Source of the DNA: Candidatus Latescibacterota bacterium
Lineage (GTDB): Bacteria; Latescibacterota; UBA2968; UBA8231
Assembly (NCBI GenBank): GCA_965223905.1
Contig: CBDCXV010000001.1
Span: 64,001 to 128,000, forward strand
DNA: 64,000 nt
Reading direction: 5' to 3'
Under the pieces are notes generated by a model that did no database searches, was not told the DNA's origin, and worked only from the letters and a program-made list of their open reading frames with translations. Each line of letters opens with the position of its first letter. The stretch's first letter is position 1. The translations under genes and the position numbers were made by a program. Below, piece after piece: positions 1-10,288 of this stretch.

Positions 1-225
1 GGCCCCGGCCCGGGCAAGCTCGTCGACCGAGGCGAAGGTCCGGATTTGCCTCTCCTGCCCCGGCTGCAGCTGCGCGGCGACGCGCTCGGCGAGATCCTCG
101 TGGCCGTCGGCGATGGCGCTCAGCTCGCAGGTCCCCTCCCGGTTGGCCAACTCCTGAACGTGCAGCGCGTGGTAGATGCCGATGCGGCCGACGCCGACGG
201 CGGCGATTTTGAGGAAAGCGGCCAT
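1..225 (-). CDS. Gfo/Idh/MocA family oxidoreductase, N-terminal part (runs off the window)
   Basis: Manual translation from the ATG at 225: MAAFLKIAAVGVGRIGIYHALHVQELANREGTCELSAIAD... This has a Rossmann GxGxxG+H start typical of the family. It starts 7 nt after the mtnP stop and is absent from the ORF track. Confidence 0.8.
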   Translation of the reverse strand, partial: MAAFLKIAAVGVGRIGIYHALHVQELANREGTCELSAIADGHEDLAERVAAQLQPGQERQIRTFASVDELARAGA

Positions 226-232
226 GCGGCGG

Positions 233-1114
233 CTACCTGAAATACCTGCCGTAGAGGGGCTCCAGCCGGGCCCTGGCCTCGGCGCCGATCGCCTCGGGCG
301 CGGTGATGATGGCGTGGCGTGCCGCCTCCAGGCACTCGCACTCCGACTCGGCCGGCAGGGCCGCCGCCACCTCGGCGATGATGCGGTTGGCGGCCTCGGC
401 GTTCGCCCTCAGCGTTTCGATCACCGCGGCGACCGACACGTCCTCCTCCTCCTCGTGCCAGCAGTCGTAGTCGGTCCCCATCGCCAGCATGCTGTAGCAG
501 AGCTCGGCCTCGCGGGCGAGCTTGGCCTCGGGGACCGCGGTCATGCCGATGACGGAGGCGCCGACGACCTCCTTGTAGTGGAAGGATTCGGCGCGGGTCG
601 AGAACTGCGGCCCCTCCATGCAGAGATAGGTCCCGCCTGCGTGCACGGTGGCGCCGCAGGCGCGTCCCGCGGCGGCGACCACGGCACCGAGCTCGGCGCA
701 GAACGGGTCGGCCATCGAGACGTGGCCGACGATGCCGTCGCCGAAGAAGGTGTGGGGGCGCAGGTCGCGGGTGCGGTCGAAGATCTGGTCCGGTATCACC
801 ATCTCTCCCGGCCTGATCCGCTCCTTCATGATGCCGACGGCGCTGGCCGAGAGCAGGTGGGTGACCCCCACCTGCTTCAGGGCATGTATGTTGGCGCGGT
901 AGGGAACCTCGGTCGGGGTCAGCCTGTGCCCCTTGCCGTGCCGGGGGATGAACCAGGCGCCGCGGCCGGAGATCCTCGCCTCGATCAGGGCATCCGAAGG
1001 GGGGCCGTACGGGGTCTCCACAGGGTGCTCGGCCACCACCTCGACCCCGTCCATCTGGTAGAGACCGGAGCCGCCGATTACGCCCAGGAGAACAGGTTTT
1101 GCCGATGTTGCCAT
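233..1114 (-). CDS. mtnP: S-methyl-5'-thioadenosine phosphorylase
   Basis: Motifs GVIGGSGLY, RHGKGH, YRANIHALK, EGPQFSTRAES, GMTAVPEAKLAREAELCY, TDYDCWH. Start taken at MATSAKP. Confidence 0.95.
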   Translation of the reverse strand: MATSAKPVLLGVIGGSGLYQMDGVEVVAEHPVETPYGPPSDALIEARISGRGAWFIPRHGKGHRLTPTEVPYRANIHALKQVGVTHLLSASAVGIMKERIRPGEMVIPDQIFDRTRDLRPHTFFGDGIVGHVSMADPFCAELGAVVAAAGRACGATVHAGGTYLCMEGPQFSTRAESFHYKEVVGASVIGMTAVPEAKLAREAELCYSMLAMGTDYDCWHEEEEDVSVAAVIETLRANAEAANRIIAEVAAALPAESECECLEAARHAIITAPEAIGAEARARLEPLYGRYFR

Positions 1115-1282
1115 GACTTGCTTCGAACCTGAAAGGTGGGTTTTCGCCGCGATTGCGCGGCGGCGCGAACGGCCTGTCGGCCTCCCTCCGGCGGCTGGCA
1201 CCGGGCAGGGGAACCGTGCCGGACCGTCCGCGAGGGGTCAAGCTAATCCCTTATATTCCGGTGGTCCATCGCCGGCTACCCC

Positions 1283-3637
1283 ATGCAGCCCATTCTCGTT
1301 CAAGTTTCCGTCCGCGATCTCATCGGCTTCGCGCTCCGCTCCGGGGACCTCGGATCCCCTTTCGTCAGCGCGAAGCGCGCCGTCGAGGGAACGCGCGGCC
1401 ACCAGTACGTCCAGGGTCTGCGCCCCGACGGATACGAGAGCGAGGTTTCCGTCTCCTTCCGCTACGAGGCCGATCCCGTCTCTCTCGAGATCAGCGGCCG
1501 CGCCGACGGGGTGCTCCTCGACGAGGACGGGCTGTTGGTCGAAGAGATCAAGACCACCTACGGCCCCTTCCATGCCGGACGCGGCGACGACCCGCTGCAC
1601 TGGGCCCAGGTCAAGATCTACGGCTACGTCCTCGGGGCTCGGCACCGCGTTTCCGAGGTCGACGTTCAGCTGACCTACCTGCAGCTCGGCTCCAGCCAAA
1701 TCCGCGAAGACCGGCGCACCTTCGCGATCGAAGAGCTCGCCGTTTTCTTCGAGGAGATCGTCACCCGCTATCTCCGCTGGGAACGCGCCTACCGCGAGCA
1801 CTGCTGGAAGCGGGACCGCTCGATTTCGGGGCTGCGCTTTCCCTTCCCGAGCTTTCGCCGGGGCCAGGAAGAGCTGTCCGCCTGCGTCGCCGACACGATC
1901 GCCGCGCAGGGCCGGCTCTACGCGGAGGCGCCGACCGGAATCGGCAAGACCATCTCGGTGCTGTTTCCCGCGGTCAAGGCGGTCGGGGAGGGACGCGTCG
2001 AGAAGATCTTCTACCTCACCGCCAAGACGAGCGGCCGCGCCGTCGCCGAAAAGGCGTTCGCCGACCTGCGGAGGGCCGGCCTCGATTTCAAGAGCGTGAC
2101 CCTCACGGCGCGCGACCGCATCTGCTTCAACGCCCGCGACGGGCGCCCCTGCGACCCGGAGACCTGCGAGTACGCCCTCGGGTACTACGACCGCGTCAAC
2201 GACGCCGTCGACGAGGCCTTCTCGCTGGCGGCGGCGACGCGCACCGCTATCGAGGAGGTTGCGCGGCGGCATACCGTCTGCCCGTTCGAGCTGTCGCTCG
2301 ACCTGTCCCTGTGGACGGACGCGATCATCTGCGACTACAACTACGTCTTCGATCCCAAGGCCTACCTGCGCCGCTATTTCCTCGATACCCGCGGGAAGTA
2401 CCTCTTCCTGGTCGACGAGGCCCACAACCTGGTCGAGCGCGCCCGCGACATGTACTCGGCCGAGCTCCGCAGGTCGGAATTCCGACGGTTGAAGAGGGGG
2501 CTCGGAGGCGACCACCCCCACCTCGCGAAGGAGCTGGCCGAGATCGACCGCTGTCTGCTCGGCGTCGCCGAGCGCTGCGAGCTGGAGGGGGACGGGGAGA
2601 ACTGGCTGGCGCGGGAAAAGCCGGAGGATCTGCTCTACCTGCTGGAGCGGTTCAACGCCATCGCCGAGCCCCTCCTCGCCCGCAACAGGGCTACGCCGTA
2701 CGGCGGCGACCTCCTCGACTGCTACTTCAGCGCCGGCGGCTTCCTGCGCGTCGCCGAGCTCTTCGACGAGCGCTACGTCACCTGCGCCGAGCGTTCCGCC
2801 CGCGACCTCCGTCTGCGCCTCTACTGCCTCGACCCCTCGGCGCAGATCCGCGCCGCCCTCAAGCGCGGCAAGTCCGCGGCCTTCTTCTCGGCGACGCTGA
2901 CCCCGCTCGACTATTTCCGCGACCTCCTCGGCGGCGACCGCCACGATTTCACCCTGTCGCTGCCCTCGCCGTTTCCGCAGGAGCACCTCGCGCTCCTGCT
3001 CGCCGACCATATCGACACCACCTGGCGCGGCCGCGGCTCCTCCTACGGCGACGTCGCCGAGTCGATCGCCGCCGCGGCCATGCAGCGCCGCGGCAACTAC
3101 ATCGCCTACTTCCCGTCGTACCGGTATCTCGAAGAGGTGTACGGGCGCTTTCCCGGCACCGCCGGCGTTCGCACCCTGATCCAGCGGCGCGGCATGAGCG
3201 AAGCGGAGCGCGAGCGGTTCCTCGCCGTCTTCGATGCCGACAACCGCGAGACCGTCGTCGGCTTCGCGGTGATGGGGGGAATCTTCGGCGAGGGTATCGA
3301 CCTGGTGGGGGAGCGCCTGGTGGGGGCGATCATCGTCGGCGTCGGCCTGCCCCAGATCTGCCTGGAACGCGACCTGATCCGCGGTTACTTCGACGAGCGC
3401 AACCTCCCCGGGTTCGCCTACGCCTACACCTACCCGGGGATGAACCGCGTGCTGCAGGCCGCGGGCCGCGTCATCCGCGGCGAGCGCGAGCGCGGGCTGA
3501 TTCTGCTCGTCGACCGCCGCTTCGCCCAGGAGCAGTATCGCGAGCTGTTCCCCGCCCACTGGAGCCGCCCCGACCGCACCCGCGGGGCGGACCGCATCAG
3601 GCAGGCTGCCGGAGGCTTCTGGAGCAGGACCGGCTGA
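1283..3637 (+). CDS. Rad3/DinG-like Fe-S ATP-dependent DNA helicase with N-terminal PD-(D/E)xK nuclease domain
   Basis: N-terminal GRADG...EEIKT, Walker A APTGIGKT, Cys cluster (ICF..C..C...CPFE), VDEAHN, SATL, QAAGRVIR. Confidence 0.9.
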   Translation: MQPILVQVSVRDLIGFALRSGDLGSPFVSAKRAVEGTRGHQYVQGLRPDGYESEVSVSFRYEADPVSLEISGRADGVLLDEDGLLVEEIKTTYGPFHAGRGDDPLHWAQVKIYGYVLGARHRVSEVDVQLTYLQLGSSQIREDRRTFAIEELAVFFEEIVTRYLRWERAYREHCWKRDRSISGLRFPFPSFRRGQEELSACVADTIAAQGRLYAEAPTGIGKTISVLFPAVKAVGEGRVEKIFYLTAKTSGRAVAEKAFADLRRAGLDFKSVTLTARDRICFNARDGRPCDPETCEYALGYYDRVNDAVDEAFSLAAATRTAIEEVARRHTVCPFELSLDLSLWTDAIICDYNYVFDPKAYLRRYFLDTRGKYLFLVDEAHNLVERARDMYSAELRRSEFRRLKRGLGGDHPHLAKELAEIDRCLLGVAERCELEGDGENWLAREKPEDLLYLLERFNAIAEPLLARNRATPYGGDLLDCYFSAGGFLRVAELFDERYVTCAERSARDLRLRLYCLDPSAQIRAALKRGKSAAFFSATLTPLDYFRDLLGGDRHDFTLSLPSPFPQEHLALLLADHIDTTWRGRGSSYGDVAESIAAAAMQRRGNYIAYFPSYRYLEEVYGRFPGTAGVRTLIQRRGMSEAERERFLAVFDADNRETVVGFAVMGGIFGEGIDLVGERLVGAIIVGVGLPQICLERDLIRGYFDERNLPGFAYAYTYPGMNRVLQAAGRVIRGERERGLILLVDRRFAQEQYRELFPAHWSRPDRTRGADRIRQAAGGFWSRTG

Positions 3638-3652
3638 GGCGCGTTCCGCCGG

Positions 3653-4711
3653 TCACCGGGAGCGCCGCGTGCGCACCGCCGCGGCGAGCTCTTCCAGCAT
3701 CTGCTCCGTCGTCTCCCAGGAGACGCAGGCGTCGGTGATGCTCTGCCCGTAGGTCGGCTCCCTGCCGGGGACCAGGTCCTGGCGGCCGGCGACGAGGTGG
3801 CTCTCGATCATGACCCCGAAAACGTTCTCGGCGGCGGCGGCGACCTGGGCGGCGACCTCGGCGCTGACGAGGGGTTGCCTGGCGTGGTCCTTGGCGCTGT
3901 TTCCGTGGCTGCAGTCGATCATCACCCGGAAGGGGAGGCCCTTTTCCCGCAGTTCCCCGGCCACCGAGGCGACGGACTGCCGGTCGTAGTTGCCGCCGCT
4001 GTTGGAGCCGCGCAGGATGAGGTGGCAGCGGTCGTTGCCTGTGGTGGCGACGATGGCCGAGATCCCCTGCTTGGTCACCGAGAGAAAGTGGTGGGCGCCC
4101 CGGGCCGCCAGGATCGCGTCTATCGCCAGCTGCACGCTGCCCCCGGTGCCGTTCTTGAACCCCACCGGCATCGACAGTCCCGAGGCGAGCTCGCGGTGCA
4201 CCTGGCTCTCGGTGGTGCGCGCCCCGATCGCTCCCCAGCTCGCCAGGTCGGCGATGAACTGCGGCGTTATGGTATCGAGAAACTCCGACCCTGCCGGCAG
4301 CCCGCCGTCGGCGAGATCGAGCAGGAGCCGGCGCGCCGTCCGCAGCCCCTCGTTGATGGCGAAACTGTCGTCGAGTCGGGGATCGTTGATCAACCCCTTC
4401 CAGCCCACGGTCGTGCGCGGCTTTTCGAAGTAGACGCGCATGGCGATCAGCAGGTCCTCCCGCAGGCGCCCGGCCGCTGCGGCCAGCCTGCCGCCGTAGT
4501 CGCGCGCGGCGTCGGGATCGTGGATCGAGCAGGGCCCGACGATCGCCACCAGGCGGTCGTCCTCTCCATTCATTATGCCGCCGATCTCGCGCCGGGCCGC
4601 GGCCACCGTCTCCGAGGCCTTCTCCGTGATCGGCAGCTCTTCCATCAGGATCGCCGGCGGCAGCAGCGGCCGCAGGTTGGCGATTCTCAGGTCATCGGTT
4701 GCTTGCAGCAT
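3653..4711 (-). CDS. 3-deoxy-7-phosphoheptulonate (DAHP) synthase, class I-alpha (AroF/G/H type)
   Basis: GPCSIHD, RVYFEKPRTTVGWKG, IGARTTESQVHRELASGLS, DCSHGNS, GQSITDAC. Start MLQATDDLRI with GAGGAG RBS. Confidence 0.95.
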   Translation of the reverse strand: MLQATDDLRIANLRPLLPPAILMEELPITEKASETVAAARREIGGIMNGEDDRLVAIVGPCSIHDPDAARDYGGRLAAAAGRLREDLLIAMRVYFEKPRTTVGWKGLINDPRLDDSFAINEGLRTARRLLLDLADGGLPAGSEFLDTITPQFIADLASWGAIGARTTESQVHRELASGLSMPVGFKNGTGGSVQLAIDAILAARGAHHFLSVTKQGISAIVATTGNDRCHLILRGSNSGGNYDRQSVASVAGELREKGLPFRVMIDCSHGNSAKDHARQPLVSAEVAAQVAAAAENVFGVMIESHLVAGRQDLVPGREPTYGQSITDACVSWETTEQMLEELAAAVRTRRSR

Positions 4712-4755
4712 CTTCTCCTCTTGCGACTTGGTTCCCGGAAGGAACGGGGCCAGCG

Positions 4756-5991
4756 CTAGCCGGTGACGGCCGCGGGGGGAGACCACCCGAAGCGGGCGAA
4801 GTTCTTCCCCGACAGGGCGTTCATCTCGTCGGCGCGGCGCAGCGTCTCGGCCACCTCCTCGCGCAGGTCGTCGGGCCGGTACGGAACCCCCTCCCGCACC
4901 GTGAGAACCGGTTCGATCTTCTGCGAACCGCTGTTCCGCTCCTTGTGGCAGTCAAAAAAATCGTATTTCCCCTCGGTAACTTCGAACGCCGCGAGGTCGG
5001 CGACCGTGCCGGGCCGCAGCGTTCCCAGCTCTTCGCGGCCGATGGCGGCGGCCGCCCGGGTGGTGGTGCGCGCGATCACCTCGCGCAGCCCAACCCCGAG
5101 GCTCATCAGCTTCGATCCGGCGTCGGCGAGGCTGTCTACGGTGCGCTCGATGCTGTGGGCGTGGATGTCGGTGCTGATGACGTCGGCGAGGAAGCCTTCG
5201 GCCAGCGAGGCGCGGGCAACCCCGAAGTTGAAGCTGCCGCCACCGTGGCCGACGTCGAACAGCACGCCGCGTTCGCGCGCCTCCCAGACCGCGTCGAGGA
5301 CGCGGTCGTCCTGCCCGATCACGAGGTCGCCGTGCCCCTGGTAGCAATGGGTTACGATGTCTCCGCCGCGCATTCCGGCGAGCACCTCAGGCAGCGGCAC
5401 CCCGGTGCCGATGTGGACCATGACCGGGACGTCCACCATGCCGGCAGCGGCGGTAGCGAGGCGGAGCGGTTCGACGCCGTTTTCCCCCACCTGGAAGCGG
5501 GCCTGGCGGACCTTCACACCGACGCAGATCCCGGGCCAGTTGTGGATCACACAGGCGGTGCGCTCCGGGTCGCCGTAGCGCAGGTCCTCCATCTCTCCGA
5601 CCGGCCCGTAGGTGAGACCGATCCCGGAGATGTGCACGAACGCCAGGGTGCGGGTGCGCGCCGGATCGGCGACGAACTCCTTGAAGCCGATGAAGTTTGC
5701 CCAGCCGGGGCTGCCGGCGTCGACAATCGTGGTGACCCCGGTGGCGAGGCAGTGGGCGTCCGCCTTGATGCCCCAGGTCGTGGCGCCGGCGTACACGTGG
5801 GCGTGGATGTCGATCCACCCAGGAGTGAGAATGCGCCCGGACAGGTCGATCCGCTCTCTTGCGTCGGCGGGATCGATCCCCTCCGAGACCGCGGCGATGA
5901 GACCGTCCTTCACGGCGACGTCCCTGACGGCGTCGATCCCCTGGGAAGGATCGATCACCGTGGCTCCGCTGAGCAGCAGGTCGTATTTCAT
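4756..5991 (-). CDS. Amidohydrolase/deacetylase, dihydroorotase-like metallo-hydrolase
   Basis: PGWIDIHAH, DAGSPG, GVKVR, MVHIG, THCY, DVGHGGGSF, ISTDIH. Confidence 0.85.
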   Translation of the reverse strand: MKYDLLLSGATVIDPSQGIDAVRDVAVKDGLIAAVSEGIDPADARERIDLSGRILTPGWIDIHAHVYAGATTWGIKADAHCLATGVTTIVDAGSPGWANFIGFKEFVADPARTRTLAFVHISGIGLTYGPVGEMEDLRYGDPERTACVIHNWPGICVGVKVRQARFQVGENGVEPLRLATAAAGMVDVPVMVHIGTGVPLPEVLAGMRGGDIVTHCYQGHGDLVIGQDDRVLDAVWEARERGVLFDVGHGGGSFNFGVARASLAEGFLADVISTDIHAHSIERTVDSLADAGSKLMSLGVGLREVIARTTTRAAAAIGREELGTLRPGTVADLAAFEVTEGKYDFFDCHKERNSGSQKIEPVLTVREGVPYRPDDLREEVAETLRRADEMNALSGKNFARFGWSPPAAVTG

Positions 5992-6064
5992 TTCTGCACT
6001 ACCCGTTGGCGGCGGCAACTCGATGCCTTTCCCCATGCTGGTTTCCAGGAGGGCTCGTCCGCCG

Positions 6065-7015
6065 TCAGGCAAACAGGGCCCCGACGCTTTCGCCGGTGTG
6101 AATACGCCGGATCGCTTCGGCCATCAGCGGCGCCACCGACAGAACCGTCATCTGGTCGAGCCGCTTTTCGGCGGGCACCGCCACGGTGTTGGTGACGGTC
6201 ACCGCCTCGACCGGCGAGGCGCGCAGGTTGTCGATGGCGTTGCCGACCAGCACGCCGTGGGTAGCGCCGGCGAAGACCCGCCGGGCTCCGGCTTTTTTCA
6301 GAGTGCGCGCCGTCTCGACGAAGGTGCCGCCCGTGGCGATCTCGTCCTCGAAGACGACGGCGTCCCTGCCCTCCACCTCCCCCACCACGTTGCCCTGGCT
6401 AACGCGGGTGTCGCTGACCCGGCGCTTGTCGATGATCGCCAGCGGCAGACCCAGCCGGGAAGCGAACTTGCCGGCCCGCCGGGCGCCGCCGGCGTCGGTC
6501 GCTACCACCACGGCATTCGCCAGGTCGCAGGTTTTGCCGATGTGGTCGGCTATGATCGGTATCGCCGTCAGGTGATCGACGGGGATGCCGAAAAAACCGT
6601 GCACCTGTTCGGCGTGCAGATCCATGGTCAGCACCCGGTCAGCACCCGCAGTTTCCAACAGATCGGCCATCAGCCGCCCGGCGATGGAGATGCGCGGCGC
6701 GTCCTTCTTGTCCGAGCGCGCGTACGAGTAGTAGGGGATCACCGCGGTGATGCGGCGCGCCGAGGCGCTGCGCAGGGCGTCGAGGGTAATCAGCAACTCG
6801 ACGATGTGGTCACTCGCCGGCTCGGTGAAGGCCTGCACGATGAAGGCGTCCCGTTCGCGCACGTTCTCGTCGATCTGCACCGAGAGGTTGTCGTTCGAGA
6901 AGCGGGAAACCGTCAGACTGCTGCGGCGAATCCCGAGGCAGCGGCAGATCTCATCGGCCAGGCCGGGATTGGAGCGGCCGGCGAAGACTCGCAGCTCATC
7001 GTTCATGCCATCCAT
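6065..7015 (-). CDS. prs: Ribose-phosphate pyrophosphokinase
   Basis: IPYYSYARSDKK, DLHAEQVHGFF, DAGG, KRR, EDEIATGGT, THGVL. Start is 7015 or 7006. Confidence 0.95.
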   Translation of the reverse strand: MDGMNDELRVFAGRSNPGLADEICRCLGIRRSSLTVSRFSNDNLSVQIDENVRERDAFIVQAFTEPASDHIVELLITLDALRSASARRITAVIPYYSYARSDKKDAPRISIAGRLMADLLETAGADRVLTMDLHAEQVHGFFGIPVDHLTAIPIIADHIGKTCDLANAVVVATDAGGARRAGKFASRLGLPLAIIDKRRVSDTRVSQGNVVGEVEGRDAVVFEDEIATGGTFVETARTLKKAGARRVFAGATHGVLVGNAIDNLRASPVEAVTVTNTVAVPAEKRLDQMTVLSVAPLMAEAIRRIHTGESVGALFA

Positions 7016-7144
7016 GCTTCTTCGATTCCGCACGTTCCGGAGTCTTTCGCCAGCCTGTCGATTTCCTTATTTCAACCGCCGTCGTTTCAAGTATAGAGCT
7101 TCGCACTCCCAGTGTCCTGTTTCAGAAAAAGAGGGAGGTTGTCC

Positions 7145-8146
7145 ATGGGAAACGTCCCACCCGAAAGCGGTATCCGCGTGCCCGCAGGCGACCTGCGCCG
7201 CCTCGTGCAGTCGCTGTTCGAGCGCGTCGGCATGAGCACCGCGCACGCAAGCACCATGGCAGAGCTGCTGGTGATCACCGACCTGCGCGGCGTCGTCAGC
7301 CACGGCACCTTCCAGACCGCCGGGTACTGCCGCATGATCCTCGACGGCCGGGTCAACCCCACCCCCGACATCGAGGTGGTCCGGGAGTCGACGACGGCGC
7401 AGACCCTCGACGGCGACGGCGGCATGGGCCACCTGCCCTGCAGGCAGGGGGCGGAGTGGGCGGTCGAGCGCGCCCTCGAGCACGGGGCGGCCGCGGTCAC
7501 CACGCGCAACCACTTCCACTTCGGGGGGGCCGGCAAGTACTCGCGCATGGCCGCGGCCCGCGACTGCATCGGGATCGCCGTATCCTCCCACCGCTACCAT
7601 CCCCGGCCCGGCAGCATTCTCGGGATCAAGGGTTCCTCGCCGATCAGCATCGCCCTGCCCGCGGGCGAGCAGCCGCCGATGGTGCTCGACATGTCCTCCT
7701 CGTTCCTGCCTTACGACGACGAGCTTTTCGAGCGCGCGCCCTTCGCCTACTTCAAGGAGATGGGGATCGCCGCGTCCGCCTACGGGCTCGGGGGAGTACT
7801 TGCCGGGATTTACAGGCCGGAATTCATCCCCCCCGCTTCACGGTGGGAATCGAACCAGGGCTCCTTCCTCGCCGCCTTTTCCGTCGAGAGCTTCATGGAC
7901 CCGGATGAATACAAGGCGGAGATGGACCGCTGGATCGGTGAGGCGCGCGCCCTCGATCCGCTCCCCGGGTACGACAGCGCCGAGCTGCCGGGAGGCCTGG
8001 AGTGGCGGCGGGAGCGGGAGTACGCCGAGGAGGGCCTCCCGGTCGGCGACGAGACCCGCCGCAGCCTCGAGGAGATCGCCGCGGAGCTCGACGTCGAGAC
8101 GCCGTTCTCCCGCTACCTGCACACCCGCTTCGGAGACGAGGCATGA
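7145..8146 (+). CDS. Ldh2 family (malate/L-lactate/ureidoglycolate-type) oxidoreductase
   Basis: DLRGVVSHG, LDGDGGMGH, NHFHFG, LDMS, LPG. GGGAGG RBS. Confidence 0.85.
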   Translation: MGNVPPESGIRVPAGDLRRLVQSLFERVGMSTAHASTMAELLVITDLRGVVSHGTFQTAGYCRMILDGRVNPTPDIEVVRESTTAQTLDGDGGMGHLPCRQGAEWAVERALEHGAAAVTTRNHFHFGGAGKYSRMAAARDCIGIAVSSHRYHPRPGSILGIKGSSPISIALPAGEQPPMVLDMSSSFLPYDDELFERAPFAYFKEMGIAASAYGLGGVLAGIYRPEFIPPASRWESNQGSFLAAFSVESFMDPDEYKAEMDRWIGEARALDPLPGYDSAELPGGLEWRREREYAEEGLPVGDETRRSLEEIAAELDVETPFSRYLHTRFGDEA

Positions 8147-9132
8147 GCGACCGCGTGCTCGGAACCTGCGTCATCGAATTCCGCGGCCGCGAGCCGGCCC
8201 GCCGCCTCGTCGAGGAAGCGGGGTTCGAGTTCGTCCACCGGCAGGGGAGCGCCCCCTGGCCGAACGAGGAGACCCGGGAAAAGCTGGCCGGGTTCAGCGG
8301 CATTCTCGCCGGGGGGGAGTACTTCACCCCCCATACAATGGAGCTTGCGGGCGATCTCAGGGTGATCGCCCGCAACGGAGTCGGCTACGACCGCGTCGAC
8401 CTCGACCTCTGCACCGAACGGGGCATCGTCGTCACCAACACCCCGGGAGCCATGGCGGACGCGGTGGCCGACCACGCCATGGCCCTGCTGCTGGCCGCGG
8501 TGCGCCACATCGTCCCTGGGGACCGGACGGTGAAGTCCGGCGGCTACCAGGTCGCGATCTCCGAGGACCTGTGCGCGATGACCCTCGGGCTGATCGGCTG
8601 CGGCCACATCGGCGCCCAAGTGGTCCGGCGCGCCCTCGGCTTCGGGATGGGCGTCCTCGTCGACGACCCCTTCCTCGAGCCGGGGCGGCTGCAGGAGCTC
8701 CGCGCCCAACCCGCGAGCCGCGAGCGGCTGCTGGCCGAGTCGGACGTCGTCAGCCTGCACCTGCCGATGTCGGAGGAGAACGCCGGGCTCGTCGACGCCG
8801 GCTTCCTCGCCGCGATGAAGAAGGGCAGCTATCTCATCAACACGGCGAGGGGAGGCCTGGTGGACGAGAAGGCCCTGATCGCCGCGCTCGAGAGCGGCCA
8901 TCTCGCCGGCGCCGGCCTCGACTGCCAGGCGACGGAGCCGCCGCAGGGGACGTCGCTGCGGCTCGTGCAGATGCCCACCGTCGTCGCCATGCCGCACTCC
9001 GCCTCGAGCACGGTCACGGCGCGGGAGCGGATGTCGATCGCCGCCGCCCAATCGATCGTCGACTGCCTGCAGGGACGGGTCCCCCGGTTCGTCGTCAACC
9101 GGGAAGTGCTGGAGAAGCTCGACCTCCGGTAG
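8143..9132 (+). CDS. D-2-hydroxyacid dehydrogenase (phosphoglycerate dehydrogenase-like)
   Basis: GVGYDRVD, NTPG, GCGHIG, SLHLP, INTARGGLVDE, EP, PHSAS. ATGA overlap with the upstream gene. Confidence 0.9.
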   Translation: MSDRVLGTCVIEFRGREPARRLVEEAGFEFVHRQGSAPWPNEETREKLAGFSGILAGGEYFTPHTMELAGDLRVIARNGVGYDRVDLDLCTERGIVVTNTPGAMADAVADHAMALLLAAVRHIVPGDRTVKSGGYQVAISEDLCAMTLGLIGCGHIGAQVVRRALGFGMGVLVDDPFLEPGRLQELRAQPASRERLLAESDVVSLHLPMSEENAGLVDAGFLAAMKKGSYLINTARGGLVDEKALIAALESGHLAGAGLDCQATEPPQGTSLRLVQMPTVVAMPHSASSTVTARERMSIAAAQSIVDCLQGRVPRFVVNREVLEKLDLR

Positions 9133-9156
9133 GGTCCGGAAGAGTTGGCGGCCAGG

Positions 9157-9933
9157 CTACGGCCGCGGCGGCGGGGTCGAATTGCCTGGCATGAAGAACT
9201 CGTACTTGTCGCGGTCGCCGTACCCCTCGATTTCGGCGGGGGAGATGCCCGGGCTCTCCATGGCGGCGCGCACGATCCGCTTGTTGAAGGGGTGCACGTT
9301 CCCGTCTCCGAGGTAATCGGCGACCGGCATCCACAGACTCTCGGCGATCTCCTCCTCCTGGATCGAGATCTCCTCCGAGACCGGGTGCAGCCGGCAGACG
9401 AAGTAGATGTCCGACTTGCCGTAGCGGTACCCGTGCCAGTGGCGGAAGCAGACCAGGGCGTCGAACTCCGTCTCCACCCCCGTCTCCTCCTGCACCTCCC
9501 GCATCACCCCTTCGACGAGATGCTCCCCCTCCTTCAGCGCCCCGCCGGGCAGCTTGTAGCGCGGAGGACTGCTCCCGGCGCGGTGATACCTCTCGCTGAC
9601 CACCAGCAGCTCCCGGCGGCTGTTCAAGGTCACCCCTCCGGCGCCGATGTAGTGGGAGGCGTACGACGGAATGAAGGCTCCGGGATCCAATCGATGCGTC
9701 AGCATCAGGTAGTCGTCGCCGCTGTGGTGGAAGGCGAACCCGGCCTCGACCGCCACCGGGATCAGCGCCGACAGCGAAATCGGAATCTCCAGCCAGACCA
9801 CGCGGTATTCGGAACGCCAGGAATCGAGCGACTCGCCGAGGTCGTGGGCGAAGCGGTGCGGGTCGGTCTGCAGACCGCCGGGATCGACGATGACCCCGCC
9901 GAAAGGGTTTTCACTGCTCGTTAGTACGGGCAT
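9157..9933 (-). CDS. NUDIX hydrolase (NUDT6-like)
   Basis: Nudix box PGGALKEGEHLVEGVMREVQEETGV. GFAFHH and GKSDIYFVC are typical of NUDT6-type enzymes. Confidence 0.85.
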   Translation of the reverse strand: MPVLTSSENPFGGVIVDPGGLQTDPHRFAHDLGESLDSWRSEYRVVWLEIPISLSALIPVAVEAGFAFHHSGDDYLMLTHRLDPGAFIPSYASHYIGAGGVTLNSRRELLVVSERYHRAGSSPPRYKLPGGALKEGEHLVEGVMREVQEETGVETEFDALVCFRHWHGYRYGKSDIYFVCRLHPVSEEISIQEEEIAESLWMPVADYLGDGNVHPFNKRIVRAAMESPGISPAEIEGYGDRDKYEFFMPGNSTPPPRP

Positions 9934-10288
9934 TGCAGATGGGAAGGTTGGATGCTGGAAAAGTCGGCCCTGCTCGCTTCGTACGGGGCGCGGGAACTGC
10001 CCGGGCCTTCCGGAGCGATTCACCACGGGCCGGGACATGTGAATGACACTTCGGAGCCCCGGAGCGTTGGCCGGCGAGCCTCCGGATCCGGGACGGCCGT
10101 AGACGTAGCTAGCGGCACCCGGCCCTGTCAACAGGCTCCGGGGGGCTCGGCGCTACCGCTGACTTTCGACAGGCGTGGCGGGCTGCCGCTGGCTTTGCCG
10201 GGCGTTTTCTGGAGCCGTAGGTTCGCCCCATGGAACACACCCCGTCGCGAAAACCGCTGCACCGGCCCACTGCCCCGTAGCCGCCGAG

